Positions 39,843 through 49,993 of a stretch of 64,000 bases of DNA are shown one piece after another. Both the position numbers and the translations under genes were made by a program. The DNA is from a virus, in the UHGV virus genome UHGV-0171999. The stretch is one strand, 5' to 3'. The notes beneath the pieces are model-generated. The model was not told where the DNA came from and did no database searches. It was given only the letters and a program-made list of their open reading frames with translations. The first letter of the stretch is position 1. Each line of letters starts with the position of its first letter.

Positions 39843-40295
39843 ATGGCATATTCTGGAAAATGGGTTCCTAAAAATATATCAAAATATAGAGGTGACCCTA
39901 AAAAAATTACGTATAGATCAAATTGGGAAAAATTCTTTTTTGAATGGTTAGATAAAAATCCAGAAATTATTGCATGGGGTAGTGAAACAGCAGTAATTCC
40001 TTATTTTTGTAATGCAGAAGGGAAAAAACGTAGATACTTCATGGATATTTGGATGAAAGATTCTTCTGGGCAAGAATTTTTTATTGAAATAAAACCTAAA
40101 AAAGAAACACAACCACCAGTTAAACCAGCACATCTAACAACTGCAGCGAAGAAAAGATTTATGAATGAAATTTATACATATTCCGTTAATACTGACAAAT
40201 GGAAAGCAGCGCAAGCTTTAGCTGAAAAGCGCGGAATAAAATTTAGAATTCTAACAGAAGATGGATTACGAGCTCTTGGCTTTAAGGGGGCATAA
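39843..40295 (+). CDS. 4: head completion protein gp4
   Basis: 150 aa, synteny 53/4/2. Confidence 0.9.
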   Translation: MAYSGKWVPKNISKYRGDPKKITYRSNWEKFFFEWLDKNPEIIAWGSETAVIPYFCNAEGKKRRYFMDIWMKDSSGQEFFIEIKPKKETQPPVKPAHLTTAAKKRFMNEIYTYSVNTDKWKAAQALAEKRGIKFRILTEDGLRALGFKGA

Positions 40296-41119
40296 TGGCT
40301 ATTTTTCAAATAATTAATGAAAGCACTCCCCAAGTTCCAAAGGTTAAGCAATCATTAAACGAAAAGAAATGGATTCAGATAGGTCTTGAATACAAAAAGG
40401 CCAAAGCAAAAGGAATGACAGGAAAGCAATTTGCCGAAGAAAGAGGAATCAAATACTCTACGTTTACTTCAGCAATGTCAAAATATGCTTCAGGAATTAA
40501 AACGGCTGAAAAGATTCAAAAGCTTGAATCAAAACCAATGAATAAACTCAATAAGCAAGAAAGACAACTGCTTATGATAAATTCATTCAGGCAAACATTG
40601 CGTGATAAAATTCGTAATGAAGGCGCAGCAATTAATAATAAAACCAGAAAGTGGTTTGCTGAAACTATTAAGCAAGTAAAAGGACATAAAGTTGTTCGCC
40701 CGCAGCCGGGACGAATATATGCTTTTGCTTATGATGCTAAACACAAAGAAACTCTTCCTTACTGGGATAAATTTCCTTTGATAATTTATCTTGGTTTAGG
40801 TAAACATAATTTAATGTACGGATTGAACTTGCACTATATTCCACCTAAAGCTCGTCAGCAATTTTTAGAAGAGCTTTTAAAGCAATATTCAAATACACCT
40901 ACTATTACTAATAAAACGAAATTAAAAATTGATTGGAGTCAAGTGAAAGGATTTAGGGGTGCAGACCAAATGATTAAGGCATATATACCAGGTAATATTA
41001 TGGGTAGCCTTGTTGAAATCGCCCCGAAAGACTGGGCGAACGTTGTGTTAATGCCACTTCAGCAGTTCGTTTCAAAAGGAAAACGTTTCTCTGCAAACAA
41101 AGTCTGGTCAAATATCTAA
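40295..41119 (+). CDS. 2: DNA end protector protein gp2
   Basis: 274 aa, start overlaps gp4 stop (TAATG). Confidence 0.9.
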   Translation: MAIFQIINESTPQVPKVKQSLNEKKWIQIGLEYKKAKAKGMTGKQFAEERGIKYSTFTSAMSKYASGIKTAEKIQKLESKPMNKLNKQERQLLMINSFRQTLRDKIRNEGAAINNKTRKWFAETIKQVKGHKVVRPQPGRIYAFAYDAKHKETLPYWDKFPLIIYLGLGKHNLMYGLNLHYIPPKARQQFLEELLKQYSNTPTITNKTKLKIDWSQVKGFRGADQMIKAYIPGNIMGSLVEIAPKDWANVVLMPLQQFVSKGKRFSANKVWSNI

Positions 41120-41225
41120 TTCTATTATCTTCCATTCTTTTCTATTGTTTGTTCTAATTGGAATTGAATGGAAGGGACTTAGATCCATTATACCACCAAC
41201 ATTTATAAAGCATTATGAGGAATAT

Positions 41226-41756
41226 ATGTCGCAAGCACTACAACAAATTTTTAACCAAGCAAATACAACTAACTTTGTAGTATCAATACCACATAGTAAT
41301 ACTACATCTGCTTTTACTTTAAATGCTCAGTCAGTTCCTATTCCAGGAATTAGGATACCTGTTACTGATACCGTGACTGGGCCATTTGGACTGGGTCGAG
41401 CACAGCGTCCAGGAGTTACATTTGAGTACGATCCACTCATCGTGAGATTTATAGTTGATGAAGAGCTTAAGTCGTGGATAGGAATGTATGAATGGATGCT
41501 AGGAACTAGTAACTATCTTACAGGCGAAAATACTGCCCCAAAAACAGGTCCTGAATACATTACGCTTTACATTTTAGATAATAGTAAAACTGAAATCGTG
41601 ATGTCAATAAATTTTTATAAGCCTTGGGTTTCTGACCTGTCTGAAGTAGAATTTAGCTACACGGAAGATTCAGACCCGGCTTTAGTATGTACAGCAACGA
41701 TTCCTTATACGTATTTTCAAGTAGAAAAAGATGGTAAAATTATAGCAGAAGTTTAA
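41226..41756 (+). CDS. 3: tail completion and sheath stabilizer gp3
   Basis: 176 aa from ATG at 41226 with GAGG RBS; ORF-track start 41145 is TTG. Confidence 0.85.
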   Translation: MSQALQQIFNQANTTNFVVSIPHSNTTSAFTLNAQSVPIPGIRIPVTDTVTGPFGLGRAQRPGVTFEYDPLIVRFIVDEELKSWIGMYEWMLGTSNYLTGENTAPKTGPEYITLYILDNSKTEIVMSINFYKPWVSDLSEVEFSYTEDSDPALVCTATIPYTYFQVEKDGKIIAEV

Positions 41757-41780
41757 TGCTTCAGTTTCATGTGTTATAAT
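41754..41780 (+). promoter_or_regulatory. MotA-dependent middle promoter upstream of gene 1
   Basis: MotA box TGCTTCA at 41757-41763, 11 nt spacer, -10 TATAAT at 41775-41780. Confidence 0.55.
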
Positions 41781-41805
41781 CTTAACTAAATTTGAGGAGA
41801 AACAT

Positions 41806-42518
41806 ATGAAACTAATCTTTTTAAGCGGTGTAAAGCGTAGTGGAAAAGATACCACTGCTGATTTTATTATGAATAATTATTTTGCAGTTAAATATCAACT
41901 TGCTGGTCCGATTAAAGATGCACTAGCCTATGCGTGGGGTGTATTTGCATCAAACACCGTTCATCCTTGCTTAACTCGTAAAGAGTTTGAAGGAATTGAC
42001 TATGATCGTGAAACTAATTTAAATCTGACTAAATTAGAAGTAATTACGATTATGGAACAAGCATTTTGCTATCTTAATAATAAAAGCCCAATTAAAGGTG
42101 TGTTTGTTTTTGATGACGCAGTTAATTTCGTAGCATTTAACAAGATTGCTGACGTTATAAATAATATTGAAGATCAATGGTCAGTCCGTCGTCTGATGCA
42201 AGCCCTAGGTACGGATTTGATTGTTAATAACTTCGACCGCATGTATTGGGTAAAATTATTTGCTTTAGATTATCTTGATAAATTTAACTCAGGTTATGAT
42301 TATTATATCGTTCCTGATACTCGTCAAGATCATGAAATGGATGCGGCTAGGGCGATGGGTGCTACAGTAATTCATGTAGTTCGTCCTGGTCAAAAATCCA
42401 ATGATACTCATATTACAGAAGCTGGATTGCCAATTCGTGATGGCGATTTAGTAATTACAAACGATGGTTCTCTTGAAGAACTTTTTTCTAAAATTAAAAA
42501 TACACTAAAGGTACTATA

Positions 42519-42519
<1 letters not shown>
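41806..42519 (+). CDS. 1: deoxynucleoside monophosphate kinase gp1
   Basis: 237 aa; P-loop GVKRSGKDT; MKLIFLSGVKRSGKDTTADF... Confidence 0.9.
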
Positions 42520-43216
<697 letters not shown>

Positions 43217-43228
43217 TTTCACAAAGTT

Positions 43229-43258
43229 GTTTACACGTTGATGAGGTAGTGATACTAT
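43229..43258 (+). promoter_or_regulatory. T4-type early promoter upstream of ipI
   Basis: -35 GTTTAC at 43229-43234, 18 nt spacer, -10 TACTAT at 43253-43258. Confidence 0.6.
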
Positions 43259-43288
43259 TATCTCATCAAAATTAATTAGGAAAATAAA

Positions 43289-43575
43289 ATGAAAACTTTC
43301 AAAGAATTTACTTCTACAACTACCCCGGTTTCTACTATTACTGAAGCTACTCTTACTTCTGAAGTTATTAAAGCAAATAAAGGACGAGAAGGTAAACCAA
43401 TGATTAGTTTGGTTGATGGTGAAGAAATCAAAGGTACTGTTTACCTAGGCGATGGATGGTCTGCTAAAAGGATGGTGCTACAATCGTTATCTCTCCTGCT
43501 GAAGAAACTGCGTTGTTTAAAGCTAAACACATTTCTGCGGCACATCTCAAGATTATTGCTAAAAATCTTTTGTAA
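43289..43575 (+). pseudogene. ipI: internal protein I (IPI) gene interrupted by a 1-nt frameshift in an A-run
   Basis: N-terminal capsid targeting sequence MKTFKEFTSTTTPVSTITE; frame changes at 43466-43470 (AAAAG); the +2 frame continues ...DGATIVISPAEETALFKAKHISAAHLKIIAKNLL to TAA at 43573; restoring one A gives a 95-aa protein. Confidence 0.7.
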
Positions 43576-43593
43576 TAAATATTTCACAAAGTT

Positions 43594-43623
43594 GTTTACA
43601 TAGGGTTTTAGTTGTGATACTAT
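43594..43623 (+). promoter_or_regulatory. T4-type early promoter
   Basis: -35 GTTTAC at 43594-43599, 18 nt spacer, -10 TACTAT at 43618-43623. Confidence 0.6.
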
Positions 43624-43651
43624 TACCCTATCAACTACCGAGGAGAATAAA

Positions 43652-43837
43652 ATGAAACGTTGTGAATTAATTCGAAATGTTGCTATTGCAATTTCTGCTT
43701 CTGCTTTTAGTTTTTCAATGTTTGTTGGATTTATATGCGGATTATTAACTACAGCAGAAAACGTTTTTTCACTTGTAGTAGCATTTTTAATTGGTTTAAT
43801 TGCTATCGTTATGGATAAAATTTCTAAAGGTGAATAG
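43652..43837 (+). CDS. small hydrophobic membrane protein
   Basis: 61 aa; GAGGAG RBS; two predicted transmembrane segments. Confidence 0.6.
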   Translation: MKRCELIRNVAIAISASAFSFSMFVGFICGLLTTAENVFSLVVAFLIGLIAIVMDKISKGE

Positions 43838-43838
43838 A

Positions 43839-44219
43839 ATGTACAAAGTGTATGCGGATTATCAGGCTAATCCATCTGAAAAGCCAGGTTGTCAAATTGG
43901 ATGGGCTCATGATACTTTGCTTGAAGCAGTAGATGCTGCTCAAAAATTGGGATATAAATATGTAGAGATTGTTCAACCGTCAGGAAAAGTTATTACTCTT
44001 GAAGAGTTCAATAACATTAAACCAAACTTTTTACTTTTTGCAGGTGATAATTATTATCCTCGTGGTGGATATGCTGATTTAATAGCGAAAGCCGCTACCG
44101 AAGATGAACTCCGTGACATTATCAAAGAAAATGAAAACAAACCAGATTATGGTTCTAATCGCTTTGATTGGTGGCAAATTGTAAATGCCAATACGCACAC
44201 TATTGTTGATGAAGGTTGA
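43839..44219 (+). CDS. hypothetical protein
   Basis: 126 aa from ATG at 43839 with AGGTGA RBS; ORF-track start 43800 is TTG. Confidence 0.6.
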   Translation: MYKVYADYQANPSEKPGCQIGWAHDTLLEAVDAAQKLGYKYVEIVQPSGKVITLEEFNNIKPNFLLFAGDNYYPRGGYADLIAKAATEDELRDIIKENENKPDYGSNRFDWWQIVNANTHTIVDEG

Positions 44220-44221
44220 TA

Positions 44222-44509
44222 ATGATTCTTTATGCGAAAGTATCGTCCGTTGAAAATGGATATAAATATGATCAAGAAGCAGCTAAAGCCTTGATTGATG
44301 ATTATGGCATTTTAACATATTTTGAAGTTGAAAAGGTTTACATTGACCGTTCATCTTCTCAAGTTAAATTAGTGAAGGAAGACCGTAAATTTAACACAGT
44401 AAATTTTGATTTCTTTATTGAAACAGAAAAAGGTCCTCTTGAATATGATATTTTCAAGAATCCTTTGGGTCTTGAATGCATCGTAAATATGTATTATCAT
44501 AAATGGTAA
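44222..44509 (+). CDS. hypothetical protein
   Basis: 95 aa from ATG at 44222 immediately after the upstream stop; ORF-track start 44216 is TTG. Confidence 0.55.
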   Translation: MILYAKVSSVENGYKYDQEAAKALIDDYGILTYFEVEKVYIDRSSSQVKLVKEDRKFNTVNFDFFIETEKGPLEYDIFKNPLGLECIVNMYYHKW

Positions 44510-44606
44510 ATATGCTTTAAGAATTATTTGTTATTATTAACTCATATCGCACTGATTAATACCCTCTATCATCAAGGGTTCTTGCTTGAGAGCCTTTGTT
44601 AATAAT

Positions 44607-44679
44607 TGGGAATTAGCCAAGTTGGTAAGGCACTGGATTTTGATTCCAGGATGCAAAGGTTCGAGTCCTTTATTCCCAG
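44607..44679 (+). tRNA. tRNA-Gln (anticodon UUG), no encoded CCA
   Basis: Cloverleaf folded by hand: acceptor TGGGAAT/ATTCCCA, anticodon loop TTTTGAT, T-arm GGTTCGAGTCC. Confidence 0.8.
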
Positions 44680-44680
44680 C

Positions 44681-44767
44681 GCGAGAATGGTCAAATTGGT
44701 AAAGGCACAGCACTTAAAATGCTGCGGAATGATTTCCTTGTGGGTTCGAGTCCCACTTCTCGCACCA
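44681..44767 (+). tRNA. tRNA-Leu (anticodon UAA), long variable arm, CCA encoded
   Basis: Acceptor GCGAGAA/TTCTCGC, anticodon loop CTTAAAA, T-loop TTCGAGT, 3' ACCA. Confidence 0.8.
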
Positions 44768-44772
44768 AATTT

Positions 44773-44846
<74 letters not shown>

Positions 44847-44856
44847 ATTTAATTTA

Positions 44857-44931
44857 CTCCGTGTAGCTCAATGGCAGAGCGATCGCCTGTTAAGCGATTG
44901 GTTATAGGTTCGAATCCTATCACGTCCGCCA
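44857..44931 (+). tRNA. tRNA-like gene with anticodon GUU (Asn-type), acceptor stem only 4 of 7 bp paired
   Basis: D-arm GCTC-AATGGCA-GAGC, anticodon arm ATCGC-CTGTTAA-GCGAT, T-arm ATAGG-TTCGAAT-CCTAT, 3' GCCA; 5' CTCCGTG pairs poorly with 3' CACGTCC. Confidence 0.45.
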
Positions 44932-44935
44932 AATC

Positions 44936-45011
44936 CGAGGCATAGCTCAGAAGGAAGAGCAAGGACCTTCTAAGTCCTAGGTCGTAGGTTCGATCCCTAC
45001 TGCCTCGACCA
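44936..45011 (+). tRNA. tRNA-Arg (anticodon UCU), CCA encoded
   Basis: Acceptor CGAGGCA/TGCCTCG, anticodon loop CTTCTAA, T-loop TTCGATC. Confidence 0.8.
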
Positions 45012-45027
45012 ATTAAGTGAGGAAAAT

Positions 45028-45378
45028 ATGAAAGGTAATGTTTATTTAGTAGTTCATGATTTAACGTTCTATTTTAATCACAATGACACTGTTATTTCTG
45101 AACGTGTAATTAATTTGCTTTATCAGCATGCAGATTATGTTTATGTCGAAAACGAATATGGTCATTGGCAATTTCTCAAAAATCGTTCATTTGGTTTAGA
45201 TGGTTACGAATACTTTGAACGTAAAGACCTTTTAGATAAAATTCCGTTATCTACACAATATCAAAATCATAAGTCTTTATATAAATGCCGTCCAATTCGA
45301 AATGCTGAATCCGCGTATGAAGCAATTGATTTATGGCGTAAACGCCGTGAACAGATTGATTCTTTAAAAGAATATTAA
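45028..45378 (+). CDS. hypothetical protein within the tRNA region
   Basis: 116 aa ORF with GAGG RBS directly after tRNA-Arg. Confidence 0.6.
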   Translation: MKGNVYLVVHDLTFYFNHNDTVISERVINLLYQHADYVYVENEYGHWQFLKNRSFGLDGYEYFERKDLLDKIPLSTQYQNHKSLYKCRPIRNAESAYEAIDLWRKRREQIDSLKEY

Positions 45379-45380
45379 GA

Positions 45381-45690
45381 AACCGGGTCGCTACCGGTAA
45401 GTCGTCGGACTGATGTTCCCTGCGTAAGGACTGGCATTAACAAATCTTTACGATCTGTTAATGTCCCCTTACATCACAGCAGAAACGGCGCACAGAATTA
45501 TCGATTCGAGGAAATATCTTTGCCGTAAGCCGAGTAGCGTTTTTGACGGAACGTTCGGATATGGTCGAGATATGGCCTTTTAAAAATATTGAGTAGCGTC
45601 AACTGCTTAATAACCGGGTTCGAATCCCGGCGTTTCGTACAAACACTTGCCTTAGCAGGTGGAACCCCGACAAGGTTGCCGCAAGGCTTA
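45381..45690 (+). ncRNA. structured non-coding region, candidate small stable RNAs (T4 species 1/2-like)
   Basis: No plus-strand ORF over 310 bp; several hairpins; tRNA-like T-arm CCGGGTTCGAATCCCGG; ends at a terminator. Confidence 0.35.
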
Positions 45691-45717
45691 GCCCCGACCA
45701 AAAGGTTGGGGCTTTTT
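45691..45717 (+). terminator. rho-independent terminator closing the tRNA/small RNA unit
   Basis: GCCCCGACC-AAAA-GGTTGGGGC hairpin followed by TTTTT. Confidence 0.7.
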
Positions 45718-45850
45718 GGTATCTAGGCCTTTCTGGACCTCTCTAGGCATCATTTAGTTTCTACCCTTTATAATATATTATCCTATCCTTTAATTGCCCC
45801 TTTCATCCCTAGAATTCCCTAAAACTTTTTAAAAAATTTTTCACAAAACT

Positions 45851-45880
45851 GTTTACACCCCTGTTCTTCCATGGTACTAT
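45851..45880 (+). promoter_or_regulatory. T4-type early promoter
   Basis: -35 GTTTAC at 45851-45856, 18 nt spacer, -10 TACTAT at 45875-45880, preceded by A/T-rich UP-like tract. Confidence 0.6.
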
Positions 45881-45923
45881 ACAACTATCAACTACTGATA
45901 CAGAAAACAACTTGGAGAATGAA

Positions 45924-46187
45924 ATGGATAATTACGGCGAACTGTTCAACTTCTTTATGAAATGCGTTTCAGAAGATTTCGGTCGTACAGTGAATGATAT
46001 TAAAGTTATCGGTCCTGACCATCCGATGTTTGAAACTTACGCAGTAATGGGTAATGAAGATGGTCAGTGGTATACTGTAAAGGTTGTGATTAACATGTTC
46101 ACTGCTGAAGGTTATGTTAAACTGTCTTCTAAAGTTTACCATGATAACGACGAAATCGCAGAAGAATATTTCAATAATATGAAATAA
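45924..46187 (+). CDS. hypothetical protein
   Basis: 87 aa from ATG at 45924 with GGAG RBS; ORF-track start 45912 is TTG. Confidence 0.6.
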   Translation: MDNYGELFNFFMKCVSEDFGRTVNDIKVIGPDHPMFETYAVMGNEDGQWYTVKVVINMFTAEGYVKLSSKVYHDNDEIAEEYFNNMK

Positions 46188-46224
46188 GTTTACATAGGCT
46201 CATGATTGAGATATTATGAGCCTA
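46188..46224 (+). promoter_or_regulatory. early promoter embedded in a 9-bp stem-loop
   Basis: -35 GTTTAC at 46188-46193, -10 TATTAT at 46212-46217; hairpin TAGGCTCAT...ATGAGCCTA spans 46195-46224. Confidence 0.5.
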
Positions 46225-46291
46225 TAACTTGATGATAGAGTATAATACTACTTTTACGGATTTTAAATCTTAATCAACCTAAGGAAATACT

Positions 46292-46885
46292 ATGAACACA
46301 CTGAAGAAAATTGTTGAGTTTATTCGCACTAAACTTGGTTCTGCTATGGCTAAAAATTTATCTGTTGAAGAACAGTATACTGCTGCAGCAGCAAAACTAC
46401 TTGATAAAATTAAAGACCTAAAAACTGCTTCTGTTAAATCTATTAATGAAGAAAAACGTATTCGTGAACTTATTGTCGAAAAGAATCGACAGGCCGAATC
46501 AAAAGAGCGTGAAATTCGCAAGCTTCTTTCCGAAGGTCAAGATGTAACAATGCATGCTAAACTCGGCTTGCTATATCGTCGAACAGCTGAGCAGTTGACT
46601 ACTAAAGCTGATGGTTATGCTGAAATGCGAATTGAAATCGCCAAGAAAGTAGTTGAATTGGATGATGCTCGCCAAGAACTTGCAGTTAAATTGGAATATA
46701 TCCGTGAAACTCGTGCAGCAAATGCCCTTGGAATTAGTACTGCTGATGATGTAGTTGAAATTGCAGCGCTGACTAAGGTTGATATTGAAGATACTCTTGC
46801 TCGAGTTGAAACCTTTAATGGCAATATTTCTGGGGTTGAAACTACCTCTGCCGATGTTCAGGAATATATTAATTCTTTGAAATAA
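46292..46885 (+). CDS. coiled-coil protein, possibly PspA/IM30-like
   Basis: 197 aa; N-terminal amphipathic segment followed by long charged heptad-rich helices. Confidence 0.5.
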   Translation: MNTLKKIVEFIRTKLGSAMAKNLSVEEQYTAAAAKLLDKIKDLKTASVKSINEEKRIRELIVEKNRQAESKEREIRKLLSEGQDVTMHAKLGLLYRRTAEQLTTKADGYAEMRIEIAKKVVELDDARQELAVKLEYIRETRAANALGISTADDVVEIAALTKVDIEDTLARVETFNGNISGVETTSADVQEYINSLK

Positions 46886-46890
46886 TGATA

Positions 46891-46906
46891 AGGGGCTTCG
46901 GCCCCT
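46891..46906 (+). terminator. stem-loop after the coiled-coil gene
   Basis: AGGGGC-TTCG-GCCCCT hairpin; weak T-run. Confidence 0.4.
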
Positions 46907-46926
46907 ATTACTTGGAGTAAATAGGA

Positions 46927-47532
46927 ATGAAAATGCAAAGTGATTTTAATTCAATGTTTGAAGAGTTCCAAAGACAGGTTGATGTTCCAGACCAATTACT
47001 AAATGCTCTTAAACGCATGGCAGAAGGACGTAATTACTATTGGGGTTCTTCATATGAAACTGATGAAAGTCTTTCTGGAAGATTTTCTAGAGGTAAAAAG
47101 TCTTTAATACGTCCTGGAATACTTATTAACAGTATTGAATCAATTCATTTATTAACATGCGATTTTGATGTTGAATTTACTGATTTCATTTCTCCTGAAT
47201 GGACGGTCTGTTATTTAAATGACGATTATGATTATCTTGGCGTTTATAGTTTAAGTGACGCATGGTTTAAACGTAATTTACAAAAGTCAAATTTATTTTA
47301 TATTGATACTACAGTAAAATTTCAGGGAAAGAAATATTTCTTTACTCTTATAGTTGACTCTGAAACAAAATATGAAAATAAGCGTATTCTTAGTAAAAAG
47401 AATATCTTGACTATTGTTGATGATCTTTTTGATAAATTCGTAGAAAATCCTAATTTTGAAAGCGATTTATTAGAAAAATTTGTTAAGGAATGCAGAGAAT
47501 ATGTCAAAGCCATCACTATACCTTCCAAGTAA
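46927..47532 (+). CDS. hypothetical protein, C-terminal FVKECR motif
   Basis: 201 aa ORF with RBS; C-terminus KFVKECREYVKAITIPSK. Confidence 0.6.
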   Translation: MKMQSDFNSMFEEFQRQVDVPDQLLNALKRMAEGRNYYWGSSYETDESLSGRFSRGKKSLIRPGILINSIESIHLLTCDFDVEFTDFISPEWTVCYLNDDYDYLGVYSLSDAWFKRNLQKSNLFYIDTTVKFQGKKYFFTLIVDSETKYENKRILSKKNILTIVDDLFDKFVENPNFESDLLEKFVKECREYVKAITIPSK

Positions 47533-47893
47533 ACCTTTGAAGTATGAATTAAAGCGCCAGATAATTTCTACCGATGTATTAATGGGTCCTGTGGTAGCTG
47601 TATCATTTGTGATTCTGCTGATTGCTGGAATGGTTATAGACGTTATGACTGATATTGAATCTGGTGTAATATTTGGAGCAACGCTAATTCTTCCATTAAT
47701 AATTCCGCTTTTATTAGTACCTGTAAATTTGGTAGGATACTGGTATCAAGGAAGACATTATCGTAAACGCGTACGTGATTGGAAAGCACAGTGTAAAAAG
47801 ATTAAAAAGGAACACCAGCTTAAACTAGATATGTATGAATTTAATGAAATTATGAAATTTGTTAAGGAATCACGATGCAAAAGCCAAAACTAA
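47501..47893 (+). CDS. small membrane protein, C-terminal FVKESRCK motif
   Basis: 130 aa from first ATG at 47501 (ORF-track start 47480 is TTG); hydrophobic core segments. Confidence 0.5.
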   Translation: MSKPSLYLPSKPLKYELKRQIISTDVLMGPVVAVSFVILLIAGMVIDVMTDIESGVIFGATLILPLIIPLLLVPVNLVGYWYQGRHYRKRVRDWKAQCKKIKKEHQLKLDMYEFNEIMKFVKESRCKSQN

Positions 47894-48237
47894 ATAAAGT
47901 CAAATATTCGTTTCCTGAGGCACTATTAATTCTTGCTGTGTCAGTATTTGCAGCTCTTGCAGGTAGTTTTATTGGATTAATGATTGACTGTATTATTTTA
48001 AACATCGATGGTTCAGCGATTATAACAGAGGTTTGGAGTGAACTTCGTTTTACTATAGCGATTACATTATTTTCATTCTTTGGCACCATGTTATATTTTC
48101 ATTATGATAATTTTAAAATAAATTGGCAAAGAAAAAAGGATTACAAAATACAATTAAAAGAATATAATAGCTATATGTCTTATATTGAAAATGAATCAAT
48201 GAAAGAGTTTGTGAGTGATTGTAGGAAAATCGGATGA
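47875..48237 (+). CDS. small membrane protein, C-terminal FVSDCRK motif
   Basis: 120 aa; two hydrophobic segments. Confidence 0.6.
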   Translation: MQKPKLNKVKYSFPEALLILAVSVFAALAGSFIGLMIDCIILNIDGSAIITEVWSELRFTIAITLFSFFGTMLYFHYDNFKINWQRKKDYKIQLKEYNSYMSYIENESMKEFVSDCRKIG

Positions 48238-48722
48238 TTTTAAAAACTCGCTGGTATGATTTAGATGATGGGGATGATGGCATTCCAGTTGATAGAGTTG
48301 ACTGGAATGGCTGTTCCGAAGATATGAAAAATTTGTTGATTAGGGAGTTTAGAATGGGATATCAACCAGTTAAGCCATCTACTATAACAGATGATAAATT
48401 CGTGTGTATTCAAAATGGCCGCGCTAAGTTAACGAATGCTGATTGGTTTACAAATAAGATTATGATTCTGTGGTATATCATTAGTCTTCCTGTGACATCA
48501 TTTGTATTTTGCTTCTTTGGAGAAAGTCCAGTAGGCAGAATGGGAGATTGGATTCTTTTAATCATACTTGTTAATATTTTGACAGCAGCAATACTATCAG
48601 GAATATGGTGTGTGTTCATCGAAATGCCATGGCGGTTACGTAAGCAGCAAAAGATTTTTGATGAAAAGAAATATACTCAAAATTTAAATAACTTTATCAC
48701 TGAATGCAGGAAATTAAAATGA
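48234..48722 (+). CDS. membrane protein, C-terminal FITECRK motif
   Basis: 162 aa; hydrophobic segments; ATG overlaps upstream stop (ATGA). Confidence 0.6.
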   Translation: MILKTRWYDLDDGDDGIPVDRVDWNGCSEDMKNLLIREFRMGYQPVKPSTITDDKFVCIQNGRAKLTNADWFTNKIMILWYIISLPVTSFVFCFFGESPVGRMGDWILLIILVNILTAAILSGIWCVFIEMPWRLRKQQKIFDEKKYTQNLNNFITECRKLK

Positions 48723-49159
48723 AAACACTATCAGCTGGTATTATCTTTATGACAGAAGATAAAGATTTATTTATGGGACGAGTTACTGGTTCTCGTAAAC
48801 ATGGAATGATGGCACATCGCTGGGATATTCCAAAGGGCCGCGTAGAAAATTCTGATTTAAACGCGCTAGATGCAGCACGAAGAGAATGCTTAGAAGAGAC
48901 CGGTTTTAGCAATTATAATCCAGACCTTCTAGAAGACCTAGGTGTATTTAAATATTCTAGTAATAAAGACTTACAGTTATTTTATTATACGATTCCAGTA
49001 GAGCATGAGATGTTTAGAAATTGCCATTGCGAGTCTTATTTTGAAAATAAAGATGGAGTTATGATTCCAGAGATGGATGCTTTTGCTCTTATTCCTCGTA
49101 CTCAGTGGCAATATGTGATGGGTCCTTCACTTTACCGAATAATGAACAGCCTCTTTTAA
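48704..49159 (+). CDS. nudE: Nudix hydrolase
   Basis: 151 aa; Nudix box GRVENSDLNALDAARRECLEETGF; immediately upstream of e as in T4. Confidence 0.85.
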   Translation: MQEIKMKTLSAGIIFMTEDKDLFMGRVTGSRKHGMMAHRWDIPKGRVENSDLNALDAARRECLEETGFSNYNPDLLEDLGVFKYSSNKDLQLFYYTIPVEHEMFRNCHCESYFENKDGVMIPEMDAFALIPRTQWQYVMGPSLYRIMNSLF

Positions 49160-49962
<803 letters not shown>

Positions 49963-49963
49963 T

Positions 49964-49993
49964 GTTTACTTCCTCCAAGGACTTTGATACTAT
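49964..49993 (+). promoter_or_regulatory. T4-type early promoter of denV inside a 10-bp stem-loop
   Basis: -35 GTTTAC at 49964-49969, -10 TACTAT at 49988-49993; TTCCTCCAAG at 49970-49979 pairs with CTTGGAGGAA at 50007-50016 (includes the RBS). Confidence 0.6.

Noticed and set aside
45028-45378. ORF in the tRNA cluster as a possible segB-type homing endonuclease
   Set aside because: At 116 aa it is too short and has no GIY-YIG or HNH motif
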